A DNA stretch of 64,000 nt from Oligoflexales bacterium (GCA_965215515.1 OZ244057.1:1568001-1632000), one strand, 5' to 3'. Positions 10,298 to 21,923 are shown, counted from the first letter of the stretch. Numbers and translations: made by a program. Notes: generated by a model not told the origin, from the letters alone.

Positions 10298-10545
10298 TGT
10301 GATTATTTTTTCCGCAAACAGGACTGGATTCTCGTTATCCAACTGACGGCTGTTCTTTCACGTGCTGACCTAGTCACGGCATCAGGTAGGCAATCCCAAA
10401 CTCATAATTTTTATGCGTTTTGCGCATGACTCCCACGTGCAGGAAAGCAGATTACCCCCCTACCTCACACACTCCCGACAACAGATCTAGCAAACACCAA
10501 GACCAGCTTCACCTTGTCAGGATCGAGGTGGTCGATCAGGTCGTG

Positions 10546-10559
10546 TGTAGATGCCCCCG
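10546..10559. mobile_element. Solo IS3-like terminal repeat remnant
   Basis: TGTAGATGCCCCCG matches the MITE end at 23864 and joins two unrelated gene fragments. Confidence 0.5.
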
Positions 10560-10868
10560 CTCCTCGCCACTTTGCGTACGCATCTCGGCAAGATCGACAC
10601 AAAACCCTTTCGCCTCCCCATCGACCGTACTCAATCCCTGCCCAGGCAATAGCGCCAAACTCGCGTCCTCGCCATACACGTTCTTTTCAACCAGCACGGC
10701 GTTCACGTCCCCCCCCCACCGCCAATAGGCATATCAGCAACAACCTCCCCCGTATCACATACCCCTCCCCACCCTAAAATTAACCCAGCCCCAATAACCT
10801 AACAGATCGCACCCCAAAAAATGGCTGAGCTTTGCAGCTCAGCGAACGCGGTAACAGCTAATTTGTTT

Positions 10869-11804
10869 TTAACTACAAGATGTTATCCAGCAAAATGAGT
10901 GTTGGGGTGCTAGCATATGCTTGATACTTCGATCCCGTTTGTGAGAGACACAGCCTGTCTGTTCGGAACAAGTTAACCGAGGGCGCTGACGCGATCGGGG
11001 GCGATGTCGCTCTGGATATTTGCTAGCATATACAAAAAGAAAACACCCGCAAGGGAGCTTTACACCTCTTTGTATTAAAAATTTTTCTATTACGGTCATT
11101 CGATGAAAAATCCCCAAAGGATCATGCAGAAGCCCATCTAAGTGTAATTCTTTTTTCATTATTTTTTTTAAAGCTAAATAATATTTGATTAGCAAAGCGG
11201 CAGGAATTAGAAAACTAAAAAAATATTTGTACTCCACAAGTGTAAAACCAGCTTTTGTCAGCACAGTTTGTATCGAGGTATGGGTGTATCTACGGCGATG
11301 CCCTAGTATTGCATCATGCCACGAATACAACCAGGGGTATGCGGGGACTGTCAGCAAAAGTTTTCCGTTCGGTTGGAGTACTGTGTGTATGTCTCTCAAG
11401 GCTTTTTCGTCATTTTTGATATGTTCGAGAACATCTAATGCTGTGATAATATCATAGGTGGTTCCAGTTACGTCTTTAAATGTTTTTAAAAAATTAATTC
11501 TTTTGTCTTGTAAAATTTTCAGGTCTTTTGTGTCATCAAGTGTCCAATATGGTTCGAAGCCAGTCAAAGACAGAGAGAAATTGTTATCACGTAGATATCG
11601 CAAGAAGTGCCCACTTCCACATCCAAAGTCAAGCAATTTTTGTTTATCGGTGATGGGGTTGGGAATGAAGTTGGTCACAAGAGCATAACGATGCCGATTA
11701 AACCAATTGTCTGCGTTGACTAATGAATGATCTTTCATGTAGTGAGCAGCATCATCTTCTGAGGCAATTTTGTATTTTTTGAAAAAGTCATGTGTAGATG
11801 CCAT
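10869..11804 (-). CDS. Class I SAM-dependent methyltransferase
   Basis: LLDFGCGSG, YDIITALDVLEHI, TVPAYPWLYSWHD..GHRRRY. AT-rich; the C-terminal ~45 aa look like read-through. Confidence 0.85.
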   Translation of the reverse strand: MASTHDFFKKYKIASEDDAAHYMKDHSLVNADNWFNRHRYALVTNFIPNPITDKQKLLDFGCGSGHFLRYLRDNNFSLSLTGFEPYWTLDDTKDLKILQDKRINFLKTFKDVTGTTYDIITALDVLEHIKNDEKALRDIHTVLQPNGKLLLTVPAYPWLYSWHDAILGHRRRYTHTSIQTVLTKAGFTLVEYKYFFSFLIPAALLIKYYLALKKIMKKELHLDGLLHDPLGIFHRMTVIEKFLIQRGVKLPCGCFLFVYASKYPERHRPRSRQRPRLTCSEQTGCVSHKRDRSIKHMLAPQHSFCWITSCS

Positions 11805-12169
11805 TGTGTTTACTCATAATGAGATTGAAATTATTTGGAATAGCTCAATTCTTTTCCGTATACAGTACCCTCATTGTAACATAAATTCGTTGCGATTGAT
11901 ACCTGCCTCAACGTCACGCCCTTCGGTGAATACATGCGACAGCATGGCAGGAATGCACCGCTCGAAAAAATACGCTGCATGTTGAACTAAAAGTGATCGC
12001 TCTTGTCTTGAATGCCTAACTCCCTGACGTTGGTGTTGATCGCATCGGTATAGCCGTGCGCTTTTTGTCGTCCATAATTAACCAGCGTGGAGCCGATCAC
12101 CTTGTTTTCCAGTGTTTCAGCGCTGGTAAAGCCCACGATACGTGCTGGCAACGCATCGCTACTGGTCTG

Positions 12170-12700
12170 CTATGCCTTGTGCACCAACGCAGGCATGTCC
12201 CCCTTAACCCATGCCTTGAGATCGTGTTGTAGTTTACGATAACGCTGGGCACAGGCAGGATCGCTCATGTTCAAGAGATCGCCCATCGTGCTGCTTGTAT
12301 TTGCCACCTTGCCCTTGCGGGTGTCCGAGCACTGCGCGAGAAAATCGTCCAGCTCGGTGGTGCTACGGGCATCGTCGAGTTGCACCGCTGCGGTCGCGGT
12401 CAAGAGCTTAAACATCAGATCGGGCGAGCGCATGAACGTATCATCGCCAAAAATTCCGCTAGCGATGCTGGTCATGTATTTTGATACCGAGACGGTCGCA
12501 CCGTGCAACAAGCAATACCACCACAAGCCATCGGTGCTGTTTTTAAGTTGCTGGTAATTTGGACATGCTTCACCTGAATTTAAATTGAAGAGTCTGTCAC
12601 GGTTACCATCACTGTTTTTATGTTTGATACCACTGCCGCCACACCCCAGCAACATCACCACTGAGCTACTCACTACAACTGAAAGCATCTGTGCACGCAT
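12170..12700 (-). CDS. Hypothetical lipoprotein
   Basis: Signal peptide with LLGC lipobox; AAGGAG RBS. Confidence 0.6.
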   Translation of the reverse strand: MRAQMLSVVVSSSVVMLLGCGGSGIKHKNSDGNRDRLFNLNSGEACPNYQQLKNSTDGLWWYCLLHGATVSVSKYMTSIASGIFGDDTFMRSPDLMFKLLTATAAVQLDDARSTTELDDFLAQCSDTRKGKVANTSSTMGDLLNMSDPACAQRYRKLQHDLKAWVKGDMPALVHKA

Positions 12701-12715
12701 TCTCTAACTCCTTGT

Positions 12716-13992
12716 TTAAGATCTTGCGGGAGGTGACTCCCGCGGCCAGCTCGCCAACTGCGCGTGGGCATACTGCAACGCCTGCACATCGCCGTGATGA
12801 TTGGCCGCCAGCCAGTAATCGTGGCCCGTGGGCACGTACGCAACCGAGCCGCGCACTTGATCGCTTAACCACAGATGCTCGGAAAATTTACCGGGCTGCT
12901 TGTCGAGTGAGGCGGCAAGCTCAGCGATGTAGCTATCGTTAGTCAACTCAACGAGCCGTTTGCGCTCTCCTGCCTGCATGACGGGCAAGATGATATTGGT
13001 CGCACTGCTGTTCCACGCGGCGCGGCAAAATGTAAAGGCAAGCAGGCGATGAAGATCGGTAACGCGGCATGGTTTTCACGGAAACAAGGAAGCACATCGT
13101 TTAAGGTACGACAGACTGCTTCGCCTTTGCGCTGTTCTTTAGGCGCGTGCGAGGGCATGTTGACGTTGCGCACCAAGACGTGCAGACTGCAAGCGAGTAG
13201 CTTTTCGCCACCCACCACCCGATCTTCGGCAGCAGAGACATCTTGCTTTTGCTGTTCCTGATACGGATCGCCGCCTTGCAGTTTGTTTGCCAATCCCTCA
13301 AGATCGGCGGCGTAATGACAGGGGCGCACATTCAACACACACTACAACGGTGCTTTGATCTGCATGAGCACAGTCATCAGTCCCGCAAAAATTCGCGCGG
13401 GTTGTTGCGACCACGAGAGCACTTCCCAAGTATCGTCACCTATGCCAATGCCGTCGAGCTCCCACGCCAGTGTGCCGCTTAGCATACGTGCAGCGAGGCG
13501 TGTGGGTGTGCGCTCTGGCGTTACCTCACGAAAAAATAAACCGTGCTTGTTACTTTCGCCGTGCAGTGTCTCGCGCAACAGCATGATCAAGTCGTTTTCC
13601 GTCGCGTGTTGCAAGGGACTGAGCGATTGCCAAGCATTCTCAATGCTCTGGGCATGGCCGCGCAGTTTTAGCAGCGCGGCGTTGATGATCGCGGTCTCTT
13701 TGATGATTAAATCAGCGAGCGTAGCTGTGCCCGTATCCAAAATTGTGCCCGTGGTCTCAACGCGCAGAGTCAGATAGATTTGGTGTTGATAGAGCGATGG
13801 ATTATCGCCATGCGCTAAGCTCTTGATCGCGGCGATGCGTCGTCCCAAAACTTGGCAGGCATACGTATCTTCTTGCCATGCGGGTACGGGAAAATCTGGC
13901 GTAATTTTTTGCCGGTAGATAACTTGCAGGGTGACGTGAGGATCGCTGATCTTTTTAAAAATTTTAGCAAAGCACATATTCGCCATCAGCAC
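12716..13992 (-). pseudogene. Fragmented TraC/VirB4-like gene (no ATPase core seen)
   Basis: Three consecutive fragments (13342..13992, 12943..13338, 12716..12988) after the traB remnant; no Walker A seen. Confidence 0.5.
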
Positions 13993-14379
13993 GCACGCAG
14001 GACAGCGTATGCGGGGCGATGATCACCTATTCAATACTCAAGTCGGCAGTTGCACTACCGAGCATCAGGCAACCATTGAACGGAATTTTTGTGCCGTTCG
14101 GCCCCGTGTAGGCGTAGTCTAACTGCATCAACACCTCGTATTGCCTTGCACAGGTGCATAGAGCTGTTGGCGGCGCATGTTTTCCAATTCAAGCTTGAGC
14201 CGCTGGTTTTCATCGTGCACACCTTCGGTATCGGCGATTACTTTTTCGTAGACCCGCTTGTATTCGCTATCGATCCGGGTTTGCATATCAGTTGCCATGA
14301 TACGCTTAGCTTCTCTATCAGGGACGGGCAGGTCAGCGTAAACGGTATTGGCTAGCAGCAACGCAATTAAAATTCTCAT
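13980..14379 (-). pseudogene. traB: TraB/VirB10-like remnant
   Basis: Signal and coiled coil (14128..14379), then out-of-frame YTGPNGTKIPFNGCLMLGSATADLSIE*VII...LSCV with a nonsense codon. Confidence 0.6.
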
Positions 14380-15143
14380 CGTTTACCTCCAGACAAGAAG
14401 AGCAAGCCCGCGGGCGCGGTGCTGGCGATAAAATTTTTGGTGCGTAGCACAAGGTGCATCGTTGTCGTGCAGACACCCGTTTTGCACAACGTAAGGGTTG
14501 CATGATCGGTGTGAAACAGCGCGGCACGGGGTAAGTTGAACAGCTGCGGCGTGATCGCGACTGTGTGCTTATCGCGGTTTTCGACCGCAAAAACCTTGCC
14601 GCTAAGCTGTTGCCCGCTAAATTGTCTAATTTGGGTCGCTTTGAGTTTGTGATTGTGCAGGACAAATTTTTGTTTGGTTACTGTGCGTACGAAACCCTTG
14701 CCCTGCTCATCTTTGAGCAACTGCTGCATCAGAGCCAGCTCGCGTGTCAGGAACGCCCCGCCGCGGGTTACGCCAGCAGCAGCAAACACAAGGCGCTGAT
14801 GCTTGGCCGCACTGCGTTGTGCCTTTAGCTGCAAGGTCAAGGCACGGTGTCCGTTCAACATGAATGCTACTTCCTCGCGCGTTGCCCGTGGCTTCGTAGT
14901 TATTTTGACGATCCGCACATCGACTGCTTTGCCGTTCTTGTCCACCTGCGTGGCGATGCGTTGAATTTTGAACTGGGCTGATGCCGAAACCACCAACAGC
15001 GGGCGAGGGAACTCAACCAATGTGCCGAGCCTGCTGTTGATCGGCACTTGCACTTTTTCTTGTCCGTGCACGTGAATGTTAGCGGCGACTGCGATACTGG
15101 CTGCTGAGTTGTCAGTAGTGAGATAAGGTAACGCATTGCTCAT
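14376..15143 (-). CDS. traK: TraK-like secretin-type conjugation protein
   Basis: Position after the traE-like gene, ATGA overlap, GTLVEFPRP motif. Confidence 0.5.
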   Translation of the reverse strand: MSNALPYLTTDNSAASIAVAANIHVHGQEKVQVPINSRLGTLVEFPRPLLVVSASAQFKIQRIATQVDKNGKAVDVRIVKITTKPRATREEVAFMLNGHRALTLQLKAQRSAAKHQRLVFAAAGVTRGGAFLTRELALMQQLLKDEQGKGFVRTVTKQKFVLHNHKLKATQIRQFSGQQLSGKVFAVENRDKHTVAITPQLFNLPRAALFHTDHATLTLCKTGVCTTTMHLVLRTKNFIASTAPAGLLFLSGGKR

Positions 15144-15916
15144 CCCTCCTTGCTTGCTGAAAAATTTTTTAAATCGTCGAGCTGTTGTTGCGTTTTGCGT
15201 TTGATGTCGAGCAGTTGAAAGACCCACGCCTTATCGCTAGTCACTGCGGCGGTGGTAAAAGACAAAGTGATGCATTCACGATACGGCTCGACGGCGCGTC
15301 CCTCGACATACTTGCGGGTCGTGCCCCAGATGGCGACGCGATAGACCGACTTGTCGCCGCCGTAAATTTTGGCGGTGCGGCGGGTAAATTTTTCCACCTT
15401 ATCGAAGGCAAACACCTGATCGATTTTACGCAGCCGCCACAACTCGATATTGCCGCGCATTTCCCGCAAGAAACGGGCTTTCAGTTGTGGGTGCATCCAG
15501 CGGCTCAGCTCACGATAACGGGTGGCGACATCTTCGTAGTTGGTATTGGCGAGATCGTGCACGATCGTCTCGGCAAAATCATAGACGAGGCGGTCGGCGA
15601 TACTGTTAGCTCTGATACGCATGATGTCGGTGATGTTGCTGGGTACGATGTAACTGTCGGGATGTTCGAGTTGCTGTTGCAAACTGTGATTGACGCATCC
15701 TTGCCAAATGGCAACTGCGAGCAGACAGACGAACACCGCGGTAAAAGCAAGCCGTTCTACACACAGACGATGTAGTAAAGTGACGACGACCATACTGTGA
15801 GGTGGCAGCGCGGTACGAGCGATGATCCTCGCGTCTTTAGTAATATAGGCACGGATCAGGGCAAGCGAGATTTTTTGTTTCGTTTTTTCTGGCGGTAAAA
15901 TTTTGCGTTCCATCAT
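15140..15916 (-). CDS. traE: TraE-like conjugation protein
   Basis: Single TM helix followed by a VirB8/NTF2-like domain; synteny. Confidence 0.55.
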   Translation of the reverse strand: MMERKILPPEKTKQKISLALIRAYITKDARIIARTALPPHSMVVVTLLHRLCVERLAFTAVFVCLLAVAIWQGCVNHSLQQQLEHPDSYIVPSNITDIMRIRANSIADRLVYDFAETIVHDLANTNYEDVATRYRELSRWMHPQLKARFLREMRGNIELWRLRKIDQVFAFDKVEKFTRRTAKIYGGDKSVYRVAIWGTTRKYVEGRAVEPYRECITLSFTTAAVTSDKAWVFQLLDIKRKTQQQLDDLKNFSASKEG

Positions 15917-15921
15917 CTTTC

Positions 15922-16254
15922 CTACAGCACGAAGTAACTTTTATGTAGTCGGTTAAGATTCTGTGGCAAGCTGGCATTCCAGAGCCCACAGAGCCACAAG
16001 GCGTGCACAAAGGCATTCGGTGGTAGTTTCAGGCGCAGTCGTTTTAAGCCCAGCGGCACGATGATCGCCAGCACGAGAAACAACAGAGCAAGTAACATGG
16101 AAAATGCCGAGGTATAGACCATACCGATAAAACATCCAACTCCCGCCATGATCTCGCCTTTGGTCATGCCTTTGAGAAAAATCACCGGTGCATCGATCAA
16201 CGGGTTGGTTTCCTTGCGAGCAAAACGGCGATAGCGGTCGTAGTTTGCAGGCAT
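15922..16254 (-). CDS. traL: TraL-like membrane protein
   Basis: 110 aa, ID.P..F, two TM helices, KLPP..FVH.LW..G. Confidence 0.6.
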   Translation of the reverse strand: MPANYDRYRRFARKETNPLIDAPVIFLKGMTKGEIMAGVGCFIGMVYTSAFSMLLALLFLVLAIIVPLGLKRLRLKLPPNAFVHALWLCGLWNASLPQNLNRLHKSYFVL

Positions 16255-16299
16255 TGCCTTACCCTCGGATAGCGTTAAGGGTTTGCGAAATTATCACCG

Positions 16300-16839
16300 T
16301 CAACGCGAACATGCCGAGATCGTTTCGATGACATGGCGTTGCCGTCGGCAGGCGGGGCAATCGGAACGATAGATGTAGACGATGGCGACGCTTGCCCAGT
16401 CGAAGCCTGTGGGTAATTCCTTTTTAGGCGTTTGCAAGAAGGGTGAAGTTGTGTGCAGGAGATTGTCTTGGCGGGCGGCGTGTTCCAAAACATTTTCGCC
16501 GATCAGATCGGAGTAGATAGCGAGTTCGTTTGCGCCGCCTAGTGCTCTTATAATCTGTTCGATCGTTTGCCACTGGCGTTTTTGCCATGCTAACAGCTTG
16601 TGCACATTCTCCCGCGTCGGCTCACCTGCCAAGTGTAGGAACGGACGCGGCAGGATGCCGTCAGCCCCATCAGCCCAAAATTCAGGCCGCGCCGGGTCTT
16701 GATAGACACTCCAGTCAAACGGCAAGTGAGCGGATTAACGAGGACTGCCGGCTATCACTACCTGCTGCACAGTCGGCACGGTGTTATCAAGTCCGTGCCC
16801 TTCCACGACGCGTAGATTCCTGCATCCCATACTGAGCAT
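16300..16839 (-). pseudogene. TrbB/TraF-like thioredoxin-fold lipoprotein with internal stop, truncated
   Basis: In-frame TAA at ~16735; FWADG..PF; YRSDCPAC CxxC. Confidence 0.55.
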
Positions 16840-16840
16840 A

Positions 16841-17993
16841 CTAGCTAAACAGAGCATAAGCTTCGTGTGCACTTATTTCTCCCTCTTGCACTAATGCAAA
16901 AGCCGCGTCCCTTGAGACTGCCGACCTGTGTAATCTTTTTTTCTTCGTCTTTATGCAGATATTCAAAGACAAGTGTGTGTCCTCGTGTGCCGCTGGCATG
17001 GCAGTGTTCACAGCCCGCCGCGCTGTAGGGCACAATGTCTGGTGCTGCTTGCGGGAACATCGCTGCGAGCATCATGCTTACTTCTTTTGCTGCCGTTTTG
17101 CAGGCGGGGCACAGGGTCTTAGCTAGCCGTTGTGCAGAAGCAAACAACAGCAAGCTCTCGACGAGCTGGTGCTCAACACCTAACCCCTCTAGCCGCGTTA
17201 AAATTTCTTGGGCACTGTTGGCATGCACGGTGGTTAGCACGAGATGCCCGGTGCAGGAGGCATGTATCGTGGCGATGGTGTTCTCGCGATCACGCACTTC
17301 ACCGATCATGATCACGTCGGGGTCTTGCCGCATTAGAGCACGCAAGGTGGCAGCGAAAGAAAAATTTTTGCGTAGATCGATGGCGGTTTGGTTAATCCCT
17401 ACCAACTCGCATTCGATCGGGTCTTCGACGGTGCAGACGTTAAGCTTATTGCGATCGAGGCTGCCGAGAATTGAGTAAAGCAACGTTGATTTGCCCGAAC
17501 CGGCGGGGCCGGAGATAACGATCAAGCCTGCTTTTTTATTTATCAAGCGTTGTAAGATTGCCTTTGCTTCGGTCTCCAGCGGGTAACTTGCGAGACTGAA
17601 ATCTTTGCCGCGTTCCAGTAGCCGTAAGCAAATTTTTTCGCCGTAGCGGGTGGACATAAGTTCACCACGCAGATCGAGCATCTCTTCGGGATGTGTCCAG
17701 CGTGTGTCTTGCGGCATCCCGACGACGGTCATGTTGAAACCGAGCAGGTGTTTGGTTTGTTCGGCGAACAACGTGCTGTCGTCACGCGTAACTTCCTTGA
17801 TCTTGTGCAGTGTGCCGTCGATGCGTTGGCGAATACAGATACCGATTGCAGTGGGTTCGATGTGAATATCCGATGCGCCGTGGGTGAAGGCATAGCTACA
17901 GATATCGAGCAGGGCAGCTTGATGTGGGGTCATAGTAGCTTGCATGCGTTCTCCAATATCAAGTACTTTTCCGTTTTTACGGTTAGCTCCCAC
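16841..17993 (-). CDS. GspE/PilB-family traffic ATPase, apparent frameshift near 3' end (~16910)
   Basis: ASDIHIEP, GPAGSGKST, TVEDPIE, RQDPDVIMIGEVRD, TGHLVLTTVHAN, CPAC/CEHC. The canonical-looking tail RDAAFALVQEGEIS is in another frame. Confidence 0.85.
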
Positions 17994-18918
17994 GCTGTGT
18001 CACCGAGGGGCGGAAAACAGCTGGTCTTTTGCTTGCGCCAGATGGCGAAGATGTAGGTGATCCCCTGTTCGTTTTTGTTGCGTTTCTTTTCGTCGGGGCC
18101 GGGCAGTGGCCAGTCGCTAGCAATATTGCCCGGTCGATAGCAGCCACGCATGTCATGTCAGTCAACGGGTAGACGAGTTGCCACTTGTCAGTTGCTTTAA
18201 TACCGCCCACGCCTTCGATAAACGCGTCTTTGCTCAGCGAAGCGAACTTCCACGCCACCATTACCGCGGAACGAAACTGGTCGTCGGTGTTGATCAATCC
18301 CGTGCGCGGCAACAGTCCGCCCATCTCGCCCATGCACAGTTTCTTGTAGTCCAACGCATCGGATTCAGAGGACAGCGCATCACCAACGCCGTGTTGCCAT
18401 TGATCGACGACGAATTCGCTGATGCCGTAGTAAAGACTAGGCACTGTCGCTGACCCACCGGGCATGGGTGGTAACGCGGGGTAAGCGAAAGCCGCGGTGG
18501 CAAATGGCACTGCCAGCGTGTGGGCGTGCCAGAAAAAACTTTTGCTCGCCCCGCCATCGCTACCGCCACTGTCGCTGATATTGTGTGTGGGTAGGGGGTT
18601 GCGGCTCTTATATCAACTCTTTGCGAGCTTGAGGTGCTGGCGTAGCACCAAGTATTCGTCGGCGAACATGCTCTTACCCCAGCGGGTGGTTACCTCGATC
18701 AGAAACATGGGTCTATACATATAGCCGCGCTTGCTGGGTAACTTAGGGCAGAGAAAACTATCACAGTCTTTCCAGTCACACCTGCCGAAATGCGGTTCAG
18801 CACAGCTCCAAAAATAGTCGTCCAGCTCCTCGTAGAACGTGCAACCGGTCACCGGCCCCCAACCCGCTTCGACAACAAGTGATATTAGCGGAAAAACGAT
18901 GGCAATCAGGACGAACAT
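17983..18918 (-). pseudogene. traU: TraU-like mating-pair stabilisation protein, fragmented
   Basis: Cys-rich signal-peptide fragment, GGLLPRTG, DKWQLVYP, YIFAIWRK..C spread over three ORFs. Confidence 0.6.
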
Positions 18919-18986
18919 CGGCTAAAGTGCTCCCTTAGTCATCAGCCGCTGCTGACGGAAGTTAAGACCAAAACAATAGTCTTTAT

Positions 18987-19619
18987 TTGAATTATGGGGA
19001 CACCGTAGCGCGGAAAGTTTCCCCTGTAAAAAAAACTGAGTATTTTATCAAAAAAAATTCGGGAGCATTACAACTAATGAATATGACGACTGAATTTATT
19101 GTTGGCTTGGGTCGCACCTTTAGAGCGGTGCGGGAACGGGAGGGCTTGACGCAGCAGGAATTGGCGGCGGGCATGGGCATCAGTGTGCAGCAGGTCAAGC
19201 GTTACGAGCAGGAGAACCTCGATCTGATCGGCCCGCACGGTTTTTCGATCAGTATGCTGGCAAAGCTGGCGCAGTGTCTCGACATGCATCCAGTGACGTT
19301 GTTTACGGAGATCGTTTCGCATTCAAGGATTGCGCGACGCGATGAACGGGCGAAGGAGTTACAGAAGGTGCTGGCCTCAGTGGCGAGCGACAGCCTCGAT
19401 GTCTTGCTATCACCGAAGTCAAAGCGCACCTCCAAAGCACCGTTCGGTAACGTGGCGGTGTGGAATTTAGAGATGGCCGCTAACCTCGCCCGTTTGCCCG
19501 CTAAAGCACGAGCACGGGTGGGGGTGGAAATTCTGCGGGCGTTGGCTGATAGTGGTATCGCTTCTCGCCAGGAGGTTGACAGCCAGCAACGGCAGTTGTT
19601 TGAATTCTCGGTATTGTAA
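18987..19619 (+). CDS. XRE-family HTH transcriptional regulator (probable start ~19077)
   Basis: RAVREREGLTQQELAAGMGISVQQVKRYEQ; divergent from the tra genes. Confidence 0.8.
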   Translation: MNYGDTVARKVSPVKKTEYFIKKNSGALQLMNMTTEFIVGLGRTFRAVREREGLTQQELAAGMGISVQQVKRYEQENLDLIGPHGFSISMLAKLAQCLDMHPVTLFTEIVSHSRIARRDERAKELQKVLASVASDSLDVLLSPKSKRTSKAPFGNVAVWNLEMAANLARLPAKARARVGVEILRALADSGIASRQEVDSQQRQLFEFSVL

Positions 19620-19703
19620 AATGTTATTAGTGAGGTTAAGCTCGACGGCGTGGAGCGAGGAACGTAGCAGTGCGACTGCATATGAATCTGGCGTACCAAT
19701 AGG

Positions 19704-21320
19704 GTGCTCACCCTCTGCTTGAGGCAAAGTATGTTTGGCAGGACAATCGTAGCGGTGCTTATCGTTTTGTTTTTTTGTCTTAGCGCTCTGTCAACACCGC
19801 GTTTGCCCCAACTTTACTCACGCTCCTATCCCGATATAGATAAGTTAACCCGGACGTGGGCGCAAGATGCTATCGGCATACCAGAGACACGCGCCTTCCT
19901 AAGACAGGTTAAAGCGGATATTTTTGCTCGCCCAAGAACAAGAATAGGTATCATGGATGCCGGTTTTGAAGTTGCAACTCTCCTCGACTACATTAGACTT
20001 TCAGACGATTTGCGTGCGTATCTGCTTCTGCCACCGACCGCTGAATTACCGTCTCGTATTCCTGACACTGAAGTTTTTCACCACTTGCATGCCATTTTGG
20101 TGAGGAGTGGTCTTGATAAAGAGCGCGTGCATAACAGCCTGCGACGGTATTCTCGCTACTCTGCTAAACGCAGACGGGGGAAGCTTCAGCACGGAACAGC
20201 TGTAGCTAGTTTACTAGCTGGCACCCATCCCTTTGGGGTAAGTGAATACGGCGAAATAGATTTTCTCTTTCTGTTCATCGACAATCTTGCCCTTGCAGAA
20301 GAGGCTTATCGCTTTAGTTTGCTCGCCGCGCAAGAGACACTGCCAGATATCATCAACACGTCAGCGTCATTCAGCACGCAAAACACCGCGCAAAGCGAAC
20401 TGTTTACCCCAGTAAAACTGCTTACCCAAATCAGAAAAATCGCGCGCCAGACGCTTGTCGTTACCAGTGCTGGCAACAGATTTCCCGATCCTATTGAAAG
20501 TGGCAAAATAAAATTAGCAAATGAGATAGTGATTGTCGGCAGCTCCGAACCAGCAGGCGGTGTCAGCAAATTCTCGCCCGCCGGTGAGCCGGTGACAGTG
20601 TTCGCTCCAAGCGATGAGTATTTGCAAACTATCGGCACGGATGGTCGCATCATCAGTTTCGGTGGCACGAGTGGAGCAACATCGCTGGTGACAGGAGCAT
20701 TGGCAGACGTGTTAGCCATTTTACCTACCTTGACGACAAACGAAGCTATCCACCTGTTACGAAAAACCGCTGTCGTGGGAAATGGTGCCGGTGCACCGCC
20801 GAGCTTGAATTATTACAAACTCATGCGGGTGGCGGTAAAACTGCGTGACATGGGCTGGCCTGAACCGCGAGAAATGATATTCAGCGACGAACTCTATGAT
20901 TTCACTTCCGAAGCACAGCAACTGCTCGCTGCTGCTCCGCAGTCAACATCTTTCACCCAACTACGCCGAGCATTTTTCCTCGACTCACCCAATCCTGCTA
21001 TAAGAGAGAAACTTGCGGGAATGTACGCACAAGCTGGTTACACAACCCAAGCTTTGTTTTACAGTAACAATTCCATCCCCGCGCGCTGCACGACTAAATA
21101 TGATTTCCTTACTGCTCTTGCTACCGCCGACACTGAACGTCTTAACGAGATGCTCCCTATCTTGAGCGATGCAACGTTCTGGGAAAAAACCTTTTTCAGC
21201 CACATCATAAAACATATGGATGTGCAAGACCGCACTGAAGTAATAAAATTCCTCAAAGAAAAAGGCATAGTCTCCATAGAAATGAACGACGCGGGTGGTA
21301 TCAAATGGCAAAAATTGTGA
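19704..21320 (+). CDS. Secreted S8 (subtilisin-like) serine peptidase
   Basis: IGIMDAG (D), QHGTAVAS (H), SAGN, GTSGAT (S); signal peptide. Confidence 0.85.
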   Translation: MLTLCLRQSMFGRTIVAVLIVLFFCLSALSTPRLPQLYSRSYPDIDKLTRTWAQDAIGIPETRAFLRQVKADIFARPRTRIGIMDAGFEVATLLDYIRLSDDLRAYLLLPPTAELPSRIPDTEVFHHLHAILVRSGLDKERVHNSLRRYSRYSAKRRRGKLQHGTAVASLLAGTHPFGVSEYGEIDFLFLFIDNLALAEEAYRFSLLAAQETLPDIINTSASFSTQNTAQSELFTPVKLLTQIRKIARQTLVVTSAGNRFPDPIESGKIKLANEIVIVGSSEPAGGVSKFSPAGEPVTVFAPSDEYLQTIGTDGRIISFGGTSGATSLVTGALADVLAILPTLTTNEAIHLLRKTAVVGNGAGAPPSLNYYKLMRVAVKLRDMGWPEPREMIFSDELYDFTSEAQQLLAAAPQSTSFTQLRRAFFLDSPNPAIREKLAGMYAQAGYTTQALFYSNNSIPARCTTKYDFLTALATADTERLNEMLPILSDATFWEKTFFSHIIKHMDVQDRTEVIKFLKEKGIVSIEMNDAGGIKWQKL

Positions 21321-21486
21321 TGTTTAATAAGCGTGAAGGCTCTGCGCACTAGGGCTTTGGGTGGCATGTCAGCTCCACAGTGGCTGTTAAGGGCGAGGGG
21401 TGGGATTGTTTCTGCGCTGCTGCTCCGCCAAAACCTAACTACAGCAACTAGTCGCACTGTTTAGCTACTGAAGTCAGAAAAAACTC

Positions 21487-21514
21487 TTGACCACACACCG
21501 TAAATTTTTATAAT
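21487..21514 (+). promoter_or_regulatory. Sigma70-like promoter
   Basis: TTGACC-16 nt-TATAAT, followed by a GGAGG RBS and ATG at 21559 of an apparently truncated gene. Confidence 0.45.
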
Positions 21515-21923
21515 CCGCCTTCGTTCTCATGGCACTTACTTTTTCTGGGAGGTTTCACATGCGCGTGTTAGCAGTGTCCAGCATCGTTCAGCTGCTAGTT
21601 CTCGGTGGTAAAGTGCTGGTGGGTGATAGTGAGCTAGAAGCGTTGTTTCCTGACGGTAGTTTGCGTTACAAAAGTTGTCAGGTTGTCAGATCGATCTGCG
21701 CGTCGATGACGCGGCTTTACGAGATCATAGTCAGGCCAGTATGGTTCTCTCCTCGTATCAGTAGCGTAGTAAGTCAGCTTCATGTCTACTAAGTAAGGGG
21801 GGTCATGAACGCTAATTTCTGGGAGGTCGTTAAGCTGCTTTCCTAGATTTAACAGAGAACTCCAGACCGAGAACGGATTTCTTTCTCCAAAAAAACGATC
21901 TTGGCGCAAATCTAACAGGCAGT

